64,000 nt of DNA from the NCBI GenBank assembly GCA_022763365.1, contig JALEGN010000001.1:30514-94513 (forward strand), in the 5' to 3' direction. The notes under the pieces were generated by a model that saw only the letters and a program-made list of their open reading frames with translations, did not search any database and had not been told where the DNA came from. The DNA is from Minisyncoccota bacterium. GTDB lineage: Bacteria > Patescibacteriota > Minisyncoccia > Phycocordibacterales > UBA1006. The position numbers and the translations under genes were made by a program. This document shows positions 35,933 to 45,693 of the stretch, piece after piece (position 1 is the first letter of the stretch; each line of letters begins with the position of its first letter).

Positions 35933-36595
35933 ATGAATAACCAAGATTTATTCAGTGCAGTCATTCCAATTATTAACGAATATATTTTGTTAGCTTTTCG
36001 GAAAAATTTAAATCCAAACTCTCCAAAGAAATATGTAGCAGGAAATCCAGGAGGTGTTCGTTATGCAGATCCGACAAAAAATGGACCTGAAGAACTCCAA
36101 TATAGTCATACTTCTAAAGAAATTGTGAAAGGTATGTTCAAGCATGTGATCAAAATGGGTACACCAAAATATGAAAAAGTAGAGCATTTTGATATCCTTA
36201 CTGGAGGTATAGCTGATCATATTAATGAGCATATTGCCGGAGCTGCTAAAATCAACGCAGTAAAAGAAGGTATCGAAGAATCAGGTACTATTTGTTTAGA
36301 ACTCGATGAAATTTTTGAGCATGAACAAGAAAACAAGTACGGACCTCAATACTTCTATCTTGCTACAAAAATGATGAAGTTTAATGGTGATATTGGTGAT
36401 TTTGAAATAATTGAAGATCTCGCTAAGCAATTACCGAGAGAAGGTATTGATTATATATGTCTTGATAATGACATTGATCATATACGGGCTATTCATCTTT
36501 CAGAGGTTTTCAGTCATCCTGATTTCGATGTGATTCCTTCTCATAGGAAGCCAATTGAAGGCGCTATTGCTCATTATCATGTAATGAAGAGATAA
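35933..36595 (+). CDS. hypothetical protein
   Basis: 220-aa ORF with no assignable motif. A terminator follows at 36618-36645 (aacccatc..gatgggtttt). Confidence 0.45.
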   Translation: MNNQDLFSAVIPIINEYILLAFRKNLNPNSPKKYVAGNPGGVRYADPTKNGPEELQYSHTSKEIVKGMFKHVIKMGTPKYEKVEHFDILTGGIADHINEHIAGAAKINAVKEGIEESGTICLELDEIFEHEQENKYGPQYFYLATKMMKFNGDIGDFEIIEDLAKQLPREGIDYICLDNDIDHIRAIHLSEVFSHPDFDVIPSHRKPIEGAIAHYHVMKR

Positions 36596-36679
36596 TAAGC
36601 ACTACCTTTAAATACTAACCCATCTTTCTGATGGGTTTTGTCTTGCAAAAAATAGAAATCTCTCTATAGTAGAGGCATT

Positions 36680-36874
36680 ATGGTAATTCGAATGAGACAT
36701 ACACGTGCGCACACTGGGAACCGACGTTCTCATCACGCATTGAAAACTGCCGCAAATACTATTTCTGAAACAGGTCAACGACATCGCATTGATATGGAAA
36801 CTGGAATGTACCGAGGGCGGCAAGTTATTGACGTAACTAAAAAAGCGTTAAAAAAAGCTAAAAAATCAGCTTAA
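36680..36874 (+). CDS. rpmF: 50S ribosomal protein L32
   Basis: RRSHHALK...YRGRQVI matches the L32 RRSHxAL core. Confidence 0.75.
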   Translation: MVIRMRHTRAHTGNRRSHHALKTAANTISETGQRHRIDMETGMYRGRQVIDVTKKALKKAKKSA

Positions 36875-36939
36875 ATTATATATAAAGACCATGCTTTCTA
36901 TTTGGAAAGCATGGTCTTTTTCGTTATACTATATTCACT

Positions 36940-38019
36940 ATGGCAAATAGACAGTTGTACCGATCGATTCTTTTACAAACACTTTTTGAATGGGATATAC
37001 GAGGATATCAGAATGAAATGATACCGAGTTATTTTGAGTATACCTTAGATTCATTTAATAGTGATACACCTATTCCGGACAAGGATGATATGCTTGCCCT
37101 TATTTTAAGTATTGCAAAAAAACAAGTAGTTATTGATGAAATTATTGAAAAAGCCGCTCCTGATTGGCCGCTGTCAAAAATTGCAATTACTGATAGAAAT
37201 GTTCTGCGGTATGGGCTCTACGAACTTCTCTTTGGTGATCATGATGCGGTCCCACCAAAAGTAGCTATTAATGAAGCAGTAGAATTGGCTAAGCGTTTTG
37301 GTGGACCAAAATCTAATAAATTTGTTAATGGTGTTATTGGTGCAGTGTATCGTGAAATAGGTGAACCAGGTAAAGACCAACAGGCAAAGGTAAAAATGCC
37401 AGAGGTTCCTTATGAAGAAATGCCTGTTGACGAAAAAGGGGCAGCAGTGATTTATTCTATTGATGATAATGGAGTTATCAGAATTGGAATGGTGCATGAT
37501 ATTTTTGGTTATTGGACGCTGTCAAAAGGAACCATTGAAGATGGAGAAACCAAAGAAGAGGGAACTATTCGTGAAGTTAAGGAAGAAACAAACTGGGATA
37601 TTGTTATCAAAGAAGAGCTTGGTGATAATGAGTATATTGCCTATCCGCCAGAGCGTGGACCGGTTCGTAAACATGTAACCTATTATTTAGCTGAATCAGC
37701 CTATACTTCACCAGTTCTTGAGGAAGGTTCTGGTGGACTTGATGACGTACGTTGGTTTGAATTATCTGAAATCTCAGACTTGAGTATTTATGATGATGTA
37801 TCTCAAATGTTGATTAAATCCATTGCAATTATTAGCGCCGAGGAAAGTGAATCTACTGAGCGTGGAGATGAAACTTCTGATACTAAGAATGAATCAGATA
37901 ATACAGATGTCGATGTTTCTTCACTGAAGGTGAGTGAACTTAAAGCACTAGCTAAAGAGCGTGGACTCGCAGGATACTCAAGTATGAAAAAAGCTGAACT
38001 TATCGAATTTCTACAATAA
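36940..38019 (+). CDS. NusB-like antitermination domain fused to a NUDIX hydrolase domain and a C-terminal Rho-N/SAP-like motif
   Basis: NusB-like RSILLQTLFEWDI...NRFGGPKSNKFVNGVIGAVYRE. Nudix box GTIEDGETKEEGTIREVKEETN. C-terminal LKVSELKALAKERGLAGYSSMKKAELIEFL. Confidence 0.65.
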   Translation: MANRQLYRSILLQTLFEWDIRGYQNEMIPSYFEYTLDSFNSDTPIPDKDDMLALILSIAKKQVVIDEIIEKAAPDWPLSKIAITDRNVLRYGLYELLFGDHDAVPPKVAINEAVELAKRFGGPKSNKFVNGVIGAVYREIGEPGKDQQAKVKMPEVPYEEMPVDEKGAAVIYSIDDNGVIRIGMVHDIFGYWTLSKGTIEDGETKEEGTIREVKEETNWDIVIKEELGDNEYIAYPPERGPVRKHVTYYLAESAYTSPVLEEGSGGLDDVRWFELSEISDLSIYDDVSQMLIKSIAIISAEESESTERGDETSDTKNESDNTDVDVSSLKVSELKALAKERGLAGYSSMKKAELIEFLQ

Positions 38020-38023
38020 TCGT

Positions 38024-38725
38024 ATGAATACTGTATATAATGATTTTGAATCAAAAATTGGAGTATTCTTTAACAATAAAGACTTACTAAAACAAGCTTT
38101 CATTCATCGATCGTATATTAATGAGCAAAAAGATTCAGGTTTAGAACATAATGAGCGACTTGAATTTCTTGGCGATGCGGTACTTGAACTCGTCGTAACT
38201 GATTTCCTCTATAAAAAATATCCTAGCGTTGCAGAAGGTCGTTTAACAGCCTACCGTTCAGCACTGGTACGAACCGAAAGTATTTCTCGTTCTGCCCGCA
38301 ATATGGGTATGAATGACTTACTGTTACTTTCAAAAGGTGAGGCACAAGATCAAGGTAAGGCACGTGATTATATCTTAGCCAATACTTTTGAGGCCTATGT
38401 TGGTGCGGTCTATCTTGATCAAGGATATGATCTCGCACGAGATGTTATTGCCAACCATCTCTTAGATAATATCGAAGATATCATTAAGGAGGGTTCTTGG
38501 CGTGATGCAAAATCTTATGTTCAAGAAAAATCACAAGAACTGTATAATGAAACTCCACGTTATGAATTAGTTTCGTCAGAAGGACCTGATCATGCAAAGA
38601 ATTTTGTTATGGCCATCTATTTTGGCGATAGAAAAATTGCTGAAGGGTCAGGAAATAGCAAACAAAAAGCCCAGCAATCTGCAGCTCAAGCTGCATTAAC
38701 CAAAGAAGGTTGGGATGAAGAATAG
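38024..38725 (+). CDS. rnc: ribonuclease III
   Basis: RNase III signature ERLEFLGDAVLELVV plus a C-terminal dsRBD. Confidence 0.9.
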   Translation: MNTVYNDFESKIGVFFNNKDLLKQAFIHRSYINEQKDSGLEHNERLEFLGDAVLELVVTDFLYKKYPSVAEGRLTAYRSALVRTESISRSARNMGMNDLLLLSKGEAQDQGKARDYILANTFEAYVGAVYLDQGYDLARDVIANHLLDNIEDIIKEGSWRDAKSYVQEKSQELYNETPRYELVSSEGPDHAKNFVMAIYFGDRKIAEGSGNSKQKAQQSAAQAALTKEGWDEE

Positions 38726-38916
38726 AAAACACCAGGAAGATTAATTCTGGTGTTTTTTCATAAATGAACGTAGTTGATATAAACGATAGGCACGTTTATT
38801 GGTTTCAGCTTTAAGTAATAAACGGATTATTCTTTGTATGCGATTTTTTGGATATGAACCTTTGTCTTTCATAATGATTCAATTATTTATACTTAGTATA
38901 CCGCGCAAATCATAGA

Positions 38917-41217
38917 TTGAATATGATATACTATTGCTATACTTTTTCCTTATTACCTATGCATTTGAAACGACTTGAATTGAATGGATTTAAATCATTC
39001 GCTAAGAAGAGCGAATTTATTTTTGATGTTCCTATTATTGCTATTGTAGGACCTAATGGTTCTGGAAAATCTAATGTTGTTGAATCCATTCGTTTCGTAT
39101 TAGGTGAACAATCAGTAAAATCAATGCGAGGGAAAACTGGTTCAGATCTTATCTTCAAAGGTTCACGTGAGATTTCAAAAATGTCACGTGCTGCGGTATC
39201 AATTGTGTTTGATAATACTGATAGAGTATTTCACCTTGAGCAAGCGAATAACACCAAACTGAGTGTTGATTTTGATGAAGTAGTTATTACACGTGAGGTC
39301 TACGCTGATGGTGCTAATAAATATTTGATAAATGGACATGAGGTGCGCATGAAAGATGTTCATGAATTGATTGCGTCAGTGAATATTGGTGCATCGGGCC
39401 ACCATATTATTTCTCAAGGTGAAGCTGATCGATATCTCAACGCTAATATTAAAGATAGACGCGAGCTTATTGAAGAGGCTTTAGGATTAAAATTGTATCA
39501 ATACCGCATTAAAGAATCTCAGCGAAAACTCAAAAAAGCTGAAGAGAATATGCGTGAGTCTGAGCTTCTCAGGCGGGAGATTGCTCCGCATCTGCGTTTC
39601 CTAAAACGTCAGGTTGATAAAATTGAAAAAGCGAAACATCTTCGAGAAGAACTTGCAGGTGAGTATCGTAAATACTTTGCTCAAGAAGATTATCTAAGAC
39701 AGGTTCTGACCAAAAAACTTGATCAAGATAGGGATGAGGTACAGTCTGAATATTCGCGTGTCCGATCGTTTCTTGATGAATATGGTGATGTTGATGAAAC
39801 AGCATCTTTTCAAGAAGAGTTTGATATTAAAGAAGCCCAAGAGCAAATTGAAAATATCAATACCAAAATTACACATAAGCGACAAGAATTAGGTCGCATT
39901 GAGGGGATGATGACGATGCTCCAGAAACAGCAAGATAAGGCTGTAGTAGAACCTGAAAAAAAACAACACCCCGGATTTTCTTACAGTGCTATCTCTGAAT
40001 TTTTGAACAGCATTATTACACAACTAGATTTAATGGGTACGAATGGGCAAGTTAGCCTCGGACAAATTAAACAACGGATTGATGATTTCTTGAAAAAGCC
40101 TGGTGAATCAACATTACAATCAGCGCCAAGTGTTGATAATTCAGTTGAGATTAAGGCTCTTGAAGAGAATAAAGAAACGATTAACCGCCAGGTTGAAGAA
40201 TTACAAGGTATTATAGTGGCAACACAGAATTCTATTGTTGAATTACAAAATACTCTTACTGAAAAACGTAAACAAGAACAAGAATCTCAGCGGCAATATT
40301 ATGAATATCTGGCTAAGAAAAAAGAGCTTGATGGGCGACGTGAAATGATCACTGCTCGAGATGAATCTTTAGGTATGCGCGCTAATGCACGTAACGAAGA
40401 GTATCAAGAAGCCAAAGTTCTTTTAGGAGTAGAGGCGATTGAATATCAATCAATTTTAGGCGGAGATGATGCAGATGTTACAGCCCAGTCCCAAGAACAA
40501 TTTAGACGTCAAATCGAACGTATTAAAATTAGACTTGAAGATATGGGTGGAGGTTCTGGTATTGAAACAATCAACGAATACAACGAAACTCTTGAGCGTG
40601 ATCAATTCCTTGAAGGTGAAATCAAAGATATTGAATCGACCATTGAATCTCTGGAGAATATGATTAGCGACTTGAAAGAGCGTTTGAATACTGAATTTGA
40701 TAAAGGTGTTCAAAAAATTAATACTGAATTTGATCGATTCTTTAAACTGATGTTTGGAGGAGGGCAAGCAAAGCTTGAATCAGCCTTAATCAAGAAACGT
40801 CGGAAAAAATCAACAGAAGAAGGTCAACTTGAACTCTTACCTGAGGAAGAAGAGGTGCAAGAATACGGTATTGATATTAAGGTTCAGTTACCACGTAAAA
40901 AGGTTTCTGATCTTGATATGCTCTCTGGAGGAGAGCGATCACTGACATCAATTGCGCTCCTCTTTGCTTTATCGCAGGTAAATCCGCCACCGTTTTTGGT
41001 GCTTGATGAAACTGATGCGGCTCTTGATGAAGCAAATTCACAGCGTTATGGGGATATGGTAGAACAACTTTCTAAATATTCACAACTCATTGTTGTGACC
41101 CATAACAGGGAAACGATGAGTCGCGCACAGACACTCTTTGGAGTGACTCTTGGACGTGATGATTGTTCAACAACACTCTCACTGCGACTTGAAGATGCAA
41201 CACAATATGCAAAATAA
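38917..41217 (+). CDS. smc: SMC-family chromosome segregation ATPase, compact form (likely start MHLKRLELNGF)
   Basis: N-terminal IVGPNGSGKSNVVESIRFVLGEQS. Coiled coil. C-terminal LSGGERSLTSIALLFAL and Walker B LVLDETDAALD. Confidence 0.8.
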   Translation: MNMIYYCYTFSLLPMHLKRLELNGFKSFAKKSEFIFDVPIIAIVGPNGSGKSNVVESIRFVLGEQSVKSMRGKTGSDLIFKGSREISKMSRAAVSIVFDNTDRVFHLEQANNTKLSVDFDEVVITREVYADGANKYLINGHEVRMKDVHELIASVNIGASGHHIISQGEADRYLNANIKDRRELIEEALGLKLYQYRIKESQRKLKKAEENMRESELLRREIAPHLRFLKRQVDKIEKAKHLREELAGEYRKYFAQEDYLRQVLTKKLDQDRDEVQSEYSRVRSFLDEYGDVDETASFQEEFDIKEAQEQIENINTKITHKRQELGRIEGMMTMLQKQQDKAVVEPEKKQHPGFSYSAISEFLNSIITQLDLMGTNGQVSLGQIKQRIDDFLKKPGESTLQSAPSVDNSVEIKALEENKETINRQVEELQGIIVATQNSIVELQNTLTEKRKQEQESQRQYYEYLAKKKELDGRREMITARDESLGMRANARNEEYQEAKVLLGVEAIEYQSILGGDDADVTAQSQEQFRRQIERIKIRLEDMGGGSGIETINEYNETLERDQFLEGEIKDIESTIESLENMISDLKERLNTEFDKGVQKINTEFDRFFKLMFGGGQAKLESALIKKRRKKSTEEGQLELLPEEEEVQEYGIDIKVQLPRKKVSDLDMLSGGERSLTSIALLFALSQVNPPPFLVLDETDAALDEANSQRYGDMVEQLSKYSQLIVVTHNRETMSRAQTLFGVTLGRDDCSTTLSLRLEDATQYAK

Positions 41218-41242
41218 AAAACCATCTAATGGTTTTTTATTT

Positions 41243-41815
41243 TTACCTGATATGAGTAGCACAGTGTTCGTGACCAAAAGGAGCTCCAAATGTTCTGCCG
41301 CTATACCAAGGCTCCTCTTGAATATTCATTGAATACCAAGTAAGAACATAGCCCTGACCTTGTCCGAATACCACGTAATCACATAGCCAATTTGACGGCC
41401 CACTATAACCCGTATTTGTATAAGAAGAATAATAAATACACTCTTGATTATTAATAAGTTCATTATTAATATATCCATCCATAGCTTCTCTGAATTCTTC
41501 ATATCCAGGAGATCCTTGTCCCTCACATAGTCCGGTAAACCAACTCCATGAAGCGTTTGAAGGAACCACTGGATAAGAACCATTATCTAAATAATATAAT
41601 TCAAGTGCAGTCCGTAATGATCGAACTTCTGAGAAAACGACACCTTCACGTGCTTTTTCACGTGCATCATTAAGAGAACTAAGTACAACTGTCGCTAGAA
41701 CCCCAATAATAGAGATAACCACAAGGAGTTCTATGAGGGTAAATCCTCGCTTTGAAATTTTTTTATTAATATAATTTCTTGTCATATAAAGAAGTATAAC
41801 AAAAAAAGAAGTCAT
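41243..41815 (-). CDS. type IV pilin-like / pseudopilin protein
   Basis: G|FTLIELLVVISIIGVLATVVLSSL prepilin-type N-terminus. Confidence 0.7.
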   Translation of the reverse strand: MTSFFVILLYMTRNYINKKISKRGFTLIELLVVISIIGVLATVVLSSLNDAREKAREGVVFSEVRSLRTALELYYLDNGSYPVVPSNASWSWFTGLCEGQGSPGYEEFREAMDGYINNELINNQECIYYSSYTNTGYSGPSNWLCDYVVFGQGQGYVLTWYSMNIQEEPWYSGRTFGAPFGHEHCATHIR

Positions 41816-41826
41816 GTGACTTCTTT

Positions 41827-42816
41827 TTATAGAAAAGCAACATAGCGTTTGAGGTATTCTAAAATATTACGCGTATCTTGTTGTCTGGTATTTGATTGAA
41901 GAATAATGACGGCAATATTTTTTGTTTCGTCATTGGCTAATTGTATTTGGTAGTAACCAATACTTGTTTGCCTGGCAGCGTTGGTGTATCCAGTTTTACC
42001 TCCTTTAAACTCTGGAAAACGTGAGGCTTTATTGATATTTTGCCAGAGGTAATCTCCATTTTCTTTAAAGGTAAGACGTGAGATATCAATAATTTGAGGA
42101 TATTTTTTCCGGACGGCACGCATCATTACAAAAAGATCACGAGCTGTTGAATAGTTTTCTTTTGAAAGTCCTGTTGGGTCTGCAAAGCTGGTATTATTCA
42201 TACCCAGTTCAGCAGCTAAGTCCCGCATGGTATTAATGAACCCAATTCGATTTCGCTGCTGCGCAATAATCTCTCCAGCATCATTTGATGAAACCAGAAG
42301 CAGAGGATAGATAAGATCTCGTACCGTTAGGCTATCGCCAACTTTGAATCGGCCACGGTTTCCTTCAACCTCAAGTTTATCTCGCGTTATTGTTGCTAGC
42401 TCATTAGGTTCTAATATTTCAGCAGCCGTGTAGGCTGTCATATATTTAGTAATTGAGGCAATAGGAAATTCTTCATTTGGTTTTCGTTCAAAAATAACTT
42501 GTCCAGTATCAAGATCACCGACGACAAAGGCTCTGGCATTAATTTGCCCTAAACGTTCAAGTTGTTGAAGAATGTATTTCTTTTCAACTTCTTGATTTTC
42601 TTGATAAGGATTAACAAAGGTGAAGACTTGGTCTGTGGTGGTAGGTTGCTGAGCTATTTTTTGATTAATTTCTTGGTCTTTGTTGTTGGTATAAAATGAG
42701 AGTGAATCATTTTTATTTAAACCAAAAGTAATTGAGAAAAGAGAAAATGACCCAATCAAGAGTGATAGGGCAAGGGTTATATGGGCTATGGTATTTTCTT
42801 CTTTATAGAAATTCAT
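41827..42816 (-). CDS. D-alanyl-D-alanine carboxypeptidase (serine-type, PBP5/DacA-like)
   Basis: SxxK SITK, SxN SSND, KTG KTGYT. N-terminal TM/signal anchor. Confidence 0.8.
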   Translation of the reverse strand: MNFYKEENTIAHITLALSLLIGSFSLFSITFGLNKNDSLSFYTNNKDQEINQKIAQQPTTTDQVFTFVNPYQENQEVEKKYILQQLERLGQINARAFVVGDLDTGQVIFERKPNEEFPIASITKYMTAYTAAEILEPNELATITRDKLEVEGNRGRFKVGDSLTVRDLIYPLLLVSSNDAGEIIAQQRNRIGFINTMRDLAAELGMNNTSFADPTGLSKENYSTARDLFVMMRAVRKKYPQIIDISRLTFKENGDYLWQNINKASRFPEFKGGKTGYTNAARQTSIGYYQIQLANDETKNIAVIILQSNTRQQDTRNILEYLKRYVAFL

Positions 42817-42913
42817 AATTATATTATAAATATTTTTAAATAAAATGTCAATATTTTATCGTAAGAATGATAGTAAATATAGTATAACAAAAAACACCGA
42901 TAATGGTGTTTTT

Positions 42914-44899
42914 TTATTGAGATTTTTTTTCGTTAAAATTCTTTCTTTTTCCGTGGTGTTTTCGTCTATTTTTTCTCGGGAATCTTGGTGGTGCTTCTTG
43001 GGATTTTCCATCAACGACGAGAGCATAGTCGATGAGACGTTTTTCTAAATCAACACGTTTGATTTTAATATCAATTTCATCACCAATTTTAAAAGTTTTC
43101 TGTGTTTTCTTTCCAATAATGGTTCCTGATTTTTCACGATATTCCCACATATCATCCCCTAAATCAAACAATCGAATCATTCCTTCTGACCGTGATTCTT
43201 CTTCGGCCACAAAGACACCAAATTTCCCAGCTCCAGTAACAATACCTTTAAGGAAAGTATCAGGATCAAGCGTCTTCATATATTCTACTTGTTTTAATTT
43301 CGTTGAATTTCGTTCGGCGGTAACGGCACGTTGTTCTTGTTGTGAGCTATGAGTACACATTTTTTCAAACCATTCTTGATCGAAATCTGATTCAGTACCT
43401 TTGATTTTGTGATCTAATAATCGATGAGCCAAAACATCAGGGTAACGACGAATAGGTGAGGTAAAGTGACTATAATCTGAAAATGCTAATCCAAAGTGAC
43501 CAATATTTTTTGTGGTATAGATGGCTTTTTGCATTGACCGAACGGTCACTACTTGGAGTGTTTCATACTCTTTTGTTCCTTCAGCTTCACGAATAATCCG
43601 TTGTAGTTCTTTAACAGGAATCATGCCGTCTTTGAGTTTTGTTTCGTATCCAAGGAGTTTAAGAAATTCTTGAAGTTTTTCCATTTTTTCTTGCTCAGGC
43701 TTATCGTGAATACGATAAACAAAAAATGGTGCATCGTTCATGTATTTTGCAACACGTGAATTAGCCAAGAGCATAAATTCTTCAATCAATTTATTGGTAT
43801 CAATACGCTCTTTAACCTTAACGCTGACAGGTACCCCTTCATCATCAAGGATAAATTTCACTTCATGAGTTTCGAAATTTAAGGCACCTTGTTCGTATCG
43901 TTGTTTTTCGTAGATTTTTGCAATTCGATTGAATTCTAATAATTCTTCTACATAGAGTCCTGATTTATTATCAATAATGTCTTGAGCTTCTTCGTAGGTA
44001 AATCGTTTATTAGAATTAATAACAGTTCGTCCAAACCATTCATCGGCAACTTCACCTGTAGTTGGATTAATCTCAAAGACTGCAGAGAACGCAAGTTTTT
44101 CTTCATCCTGACGTAATGAACAGAGTCCATTTGATAATGCCTCAGGTAACATTGGAATGGTTCTATCAACTAGATAAACTGAGGTTGTTCGTTTCTGTGC
44201 CTCTTTATCAAGGGCACTACCTGGGCGTACATAATGTGCAACGTCAGCAATGTGGATACCAATTTCATAATTTCCATTATCTAATTTTTTAAATGACAAT
44301 GCATCGTCAAAATCTTTAGCGTCTTCAGGGTCAATAGTGAAAGTAAGGGTATTACGCATATCACGCCGGGCTTGTATTTCTTCTTCGGTAATACCTTTTG
44401 CTTCTAAGGCGTCAGCTTCATCATCGACTTCTTTCGGGAATGAATAATCAAAACCTTGCTCCATGGCGATACCGTGCATATGGGCGTCGTTGCTTCCTGG
44501 TTTACCAAGGTGTTTGAGAACTTTTCCAATCAATCGTGGCTCATATTGCGTAATTTCTACAAATACTTTCTCACCAGTAGGGGCATTATCGTGTTGACCA
44601 TTTGGAATAGTGATTTCTGGAATTTTAAAATTGTCTGGCTTTAATGAGAAATGATCTCCTTTTTTCTCTAATATTCCAACAAATCCTGCATTAGCCCGGC
44701 TTACAATTGCAGTAACTTCACCTTCATTTTTCTCAGCATCAGTAACGTTCACGGTAACAATATCTCGGTGAAGGGCAGTGTTATGAAGATGAGCTGGAAC
44801 TTCAATGACATCATTGGTTTCTTTATTTTTAATATAGGCGATACCATTTTTCCCAAGAGAATAGATTCCTTCAAATTCTGTATTTTTATTCATAGGCAA
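42914..44899 (-). CDS. rnr: ribonuclease R (RNB family 3'-5' exoribonuclease with S1 domain)
   Basis: RNB catalytic region, a C-terminal S1 domain, and a basic tail. Confidence 0.85.
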   Translation of the reverse strand: MPMNKNTEFEGIYSLGKNGIAYIKNKETNDVIEVPAHLHNTALHRDIVTVNVTDAEKNEGEVTAIVSRANAGFVGILEKKGDHFSLKPDNFKIPEITIPNGQHDNAPTGEKVFVEITQYEPRLIGKVLKHLGKPGSNDAHMHGIAMEQGFDYSFPKEVDDEADALEAKGITEEEIQARRDMRNTLTFTIDPEDAKDFDDALSFKKLDNGNYEIGIHIADVAHYVRPGSALDKEAQKRTTSVYLVDRTIPMLPEALSNGLCSLRQDEEKLAFSAVFEINPTTGEVADEWFGRTVINSNKRFTYEEAQDIIDNKSGLYVEELLEFNRIAKIYEKQRYEQGALNFETHEVKFILDDEGVPVSVKVKERIDTNKLIEEFMLLANSRVAKYMNDAPFFVYRIHDKPEQEKMEKLQEFLKLLGYETKLKDGMIPVKELQRIIREAEGTKEYETLQVVTVRSMQKAIYTTKNIGHFGLAFSDYSHFTSPIRRYPDVLAHRLLDHKIKGTESDFDQEWFEKMCTHSSQQEQRAVTAERNSTKLKQVEYMKTLDPDTFLKGIVTGAGKFGVFVAEEESRSEGMIRLFDLGDDMWEYREKSGTIIGKKTQKTFKIGDEIDIKIKRVDLEKRLIDYALVVDGKSQEAPPRFPRKNRRKHHGKRKNFNEKKSQ

Positions 44900-44972
44900 A
44901 GTATATCATGATTCCTTAATTACTCATTAAAACCCTTGCGCAATAATATATTTTTGATAGTATCTCGTTTAT

Positions 44973-45497
44973 ATGTTAATGCTTAGATTACAACGAATCG
45001 GACGACGAAATGAAGCACATTTCAAAATTGTCGTTATCGAAAAAACCAAAGGTCCAAAATCTCAAAAATATGTTGATATTGTTGGGTCATACAATCCCAA
45101 AATGGGAACAATACAAATGGACGAAGCAAAGGTAAAAACACACCTCGCAAACGGAGTACAACCATCAGATACGGTATACAACATGCTTGTTTCAAAAGGG
45201 CTTGTTGAAGGACGAAAGAAAAACGTTCTTCCTAAAAAATCTCCAGTTATTGATGAAGAAAAACTAGCGCGAGAAAAAGAAGAAGCCGAAGCAAAAGCTC
45301 AAGCTGAAAAAGAAGCTGCTGAAGCTAAAGAGGCTGAAGCAAATACTGAGGAAGCATCTCCAGAAGCTGAACCAGAAGAAGCGACCGAAGCTCCAGCCGA
45401 AGAAGAAACACCAGAAACTGTTGAAGAACCATCAGCAGATGAACTTGAAGCTGCATCTGAAGGTGCGCCAGAAGAAGCAACAAAAACAGAGGAGTAA
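44973..45497 (+). CDS. rpsP: 30S ribosomal protein S16 with a low-complexity acidic/Ala-rich C-terminal extension
   Basis: MLRLQRIGRRNEAHFKIVV...SYNPK core, then an EAKAQAEKEAAEAKEAEA tail. Confidence 0.85.
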   Translation: MLMLRLQRIGRRNEAHFKIVVIEKTKGPKSQKYVDIVGSYNPKMGTIQMDEAKVKTHLANGVQPSDTVYNMLVSKGLVEGRKKNVLPKKSPVIDEEKLAREKEEAEAKAQAEKEAAEAKEAEANTEEASPEAEPEEATEAPAEEETPETVEEPSADELEAASEGAPEEATKTEE

Positions 45498-45536
45498 TCT
45501 TGTGTTTTTTTTATTATCCTTGCTATACTTTAGATG

Positions 45537-45668
45537 TCACCTCTTTTGGTGCTCCATCGTCTCTTATGAGAGCTGATGGCGGCACTCACATAGGATGTTT
45601 AGTGGAGCTCGCACCCATCAGCTCTCACAGGAGGTGATTTAAAAACAGGAATAATTCCTGTTTTTTTA
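45537..45668 (+). ncRNA. candidate small structured RNA (unknown family) with its own -10-like box and an intrinsic terminator
   Basis: tatact at 45525-45530. A ~100-nt imperfect long hairpin runs from tcacctc (45537) to gaggtga (45637), including a 13-bp helix tgagagctgatgg/cccatcagctctca. Alternative pairing gctcca/tggagc is possible. The terminator aaaaacaggaataattcctgttttttt lies at 45641-45668. Confidence 0.35.
45641..45668 (+). terminator. rho-independent terminator
   Basis: aaaaacaggaataattcctgttttttt. Confidence 0.8.
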
Positions 45669-45693
45669 ATGTTCATATGGTACACTCGAGCGT

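Noticed and set aside
45537-45637. SRP (4.5S) RNA or 6S RNA in the rpsP-secA spacer
   Set aside because: It lacks the conserved SRP helix-8 features (GNRA tetraloop, AGCAGC/GGAA internal-loop motifs) and is too short for 6S. It is kept as an unknown structured RNA.
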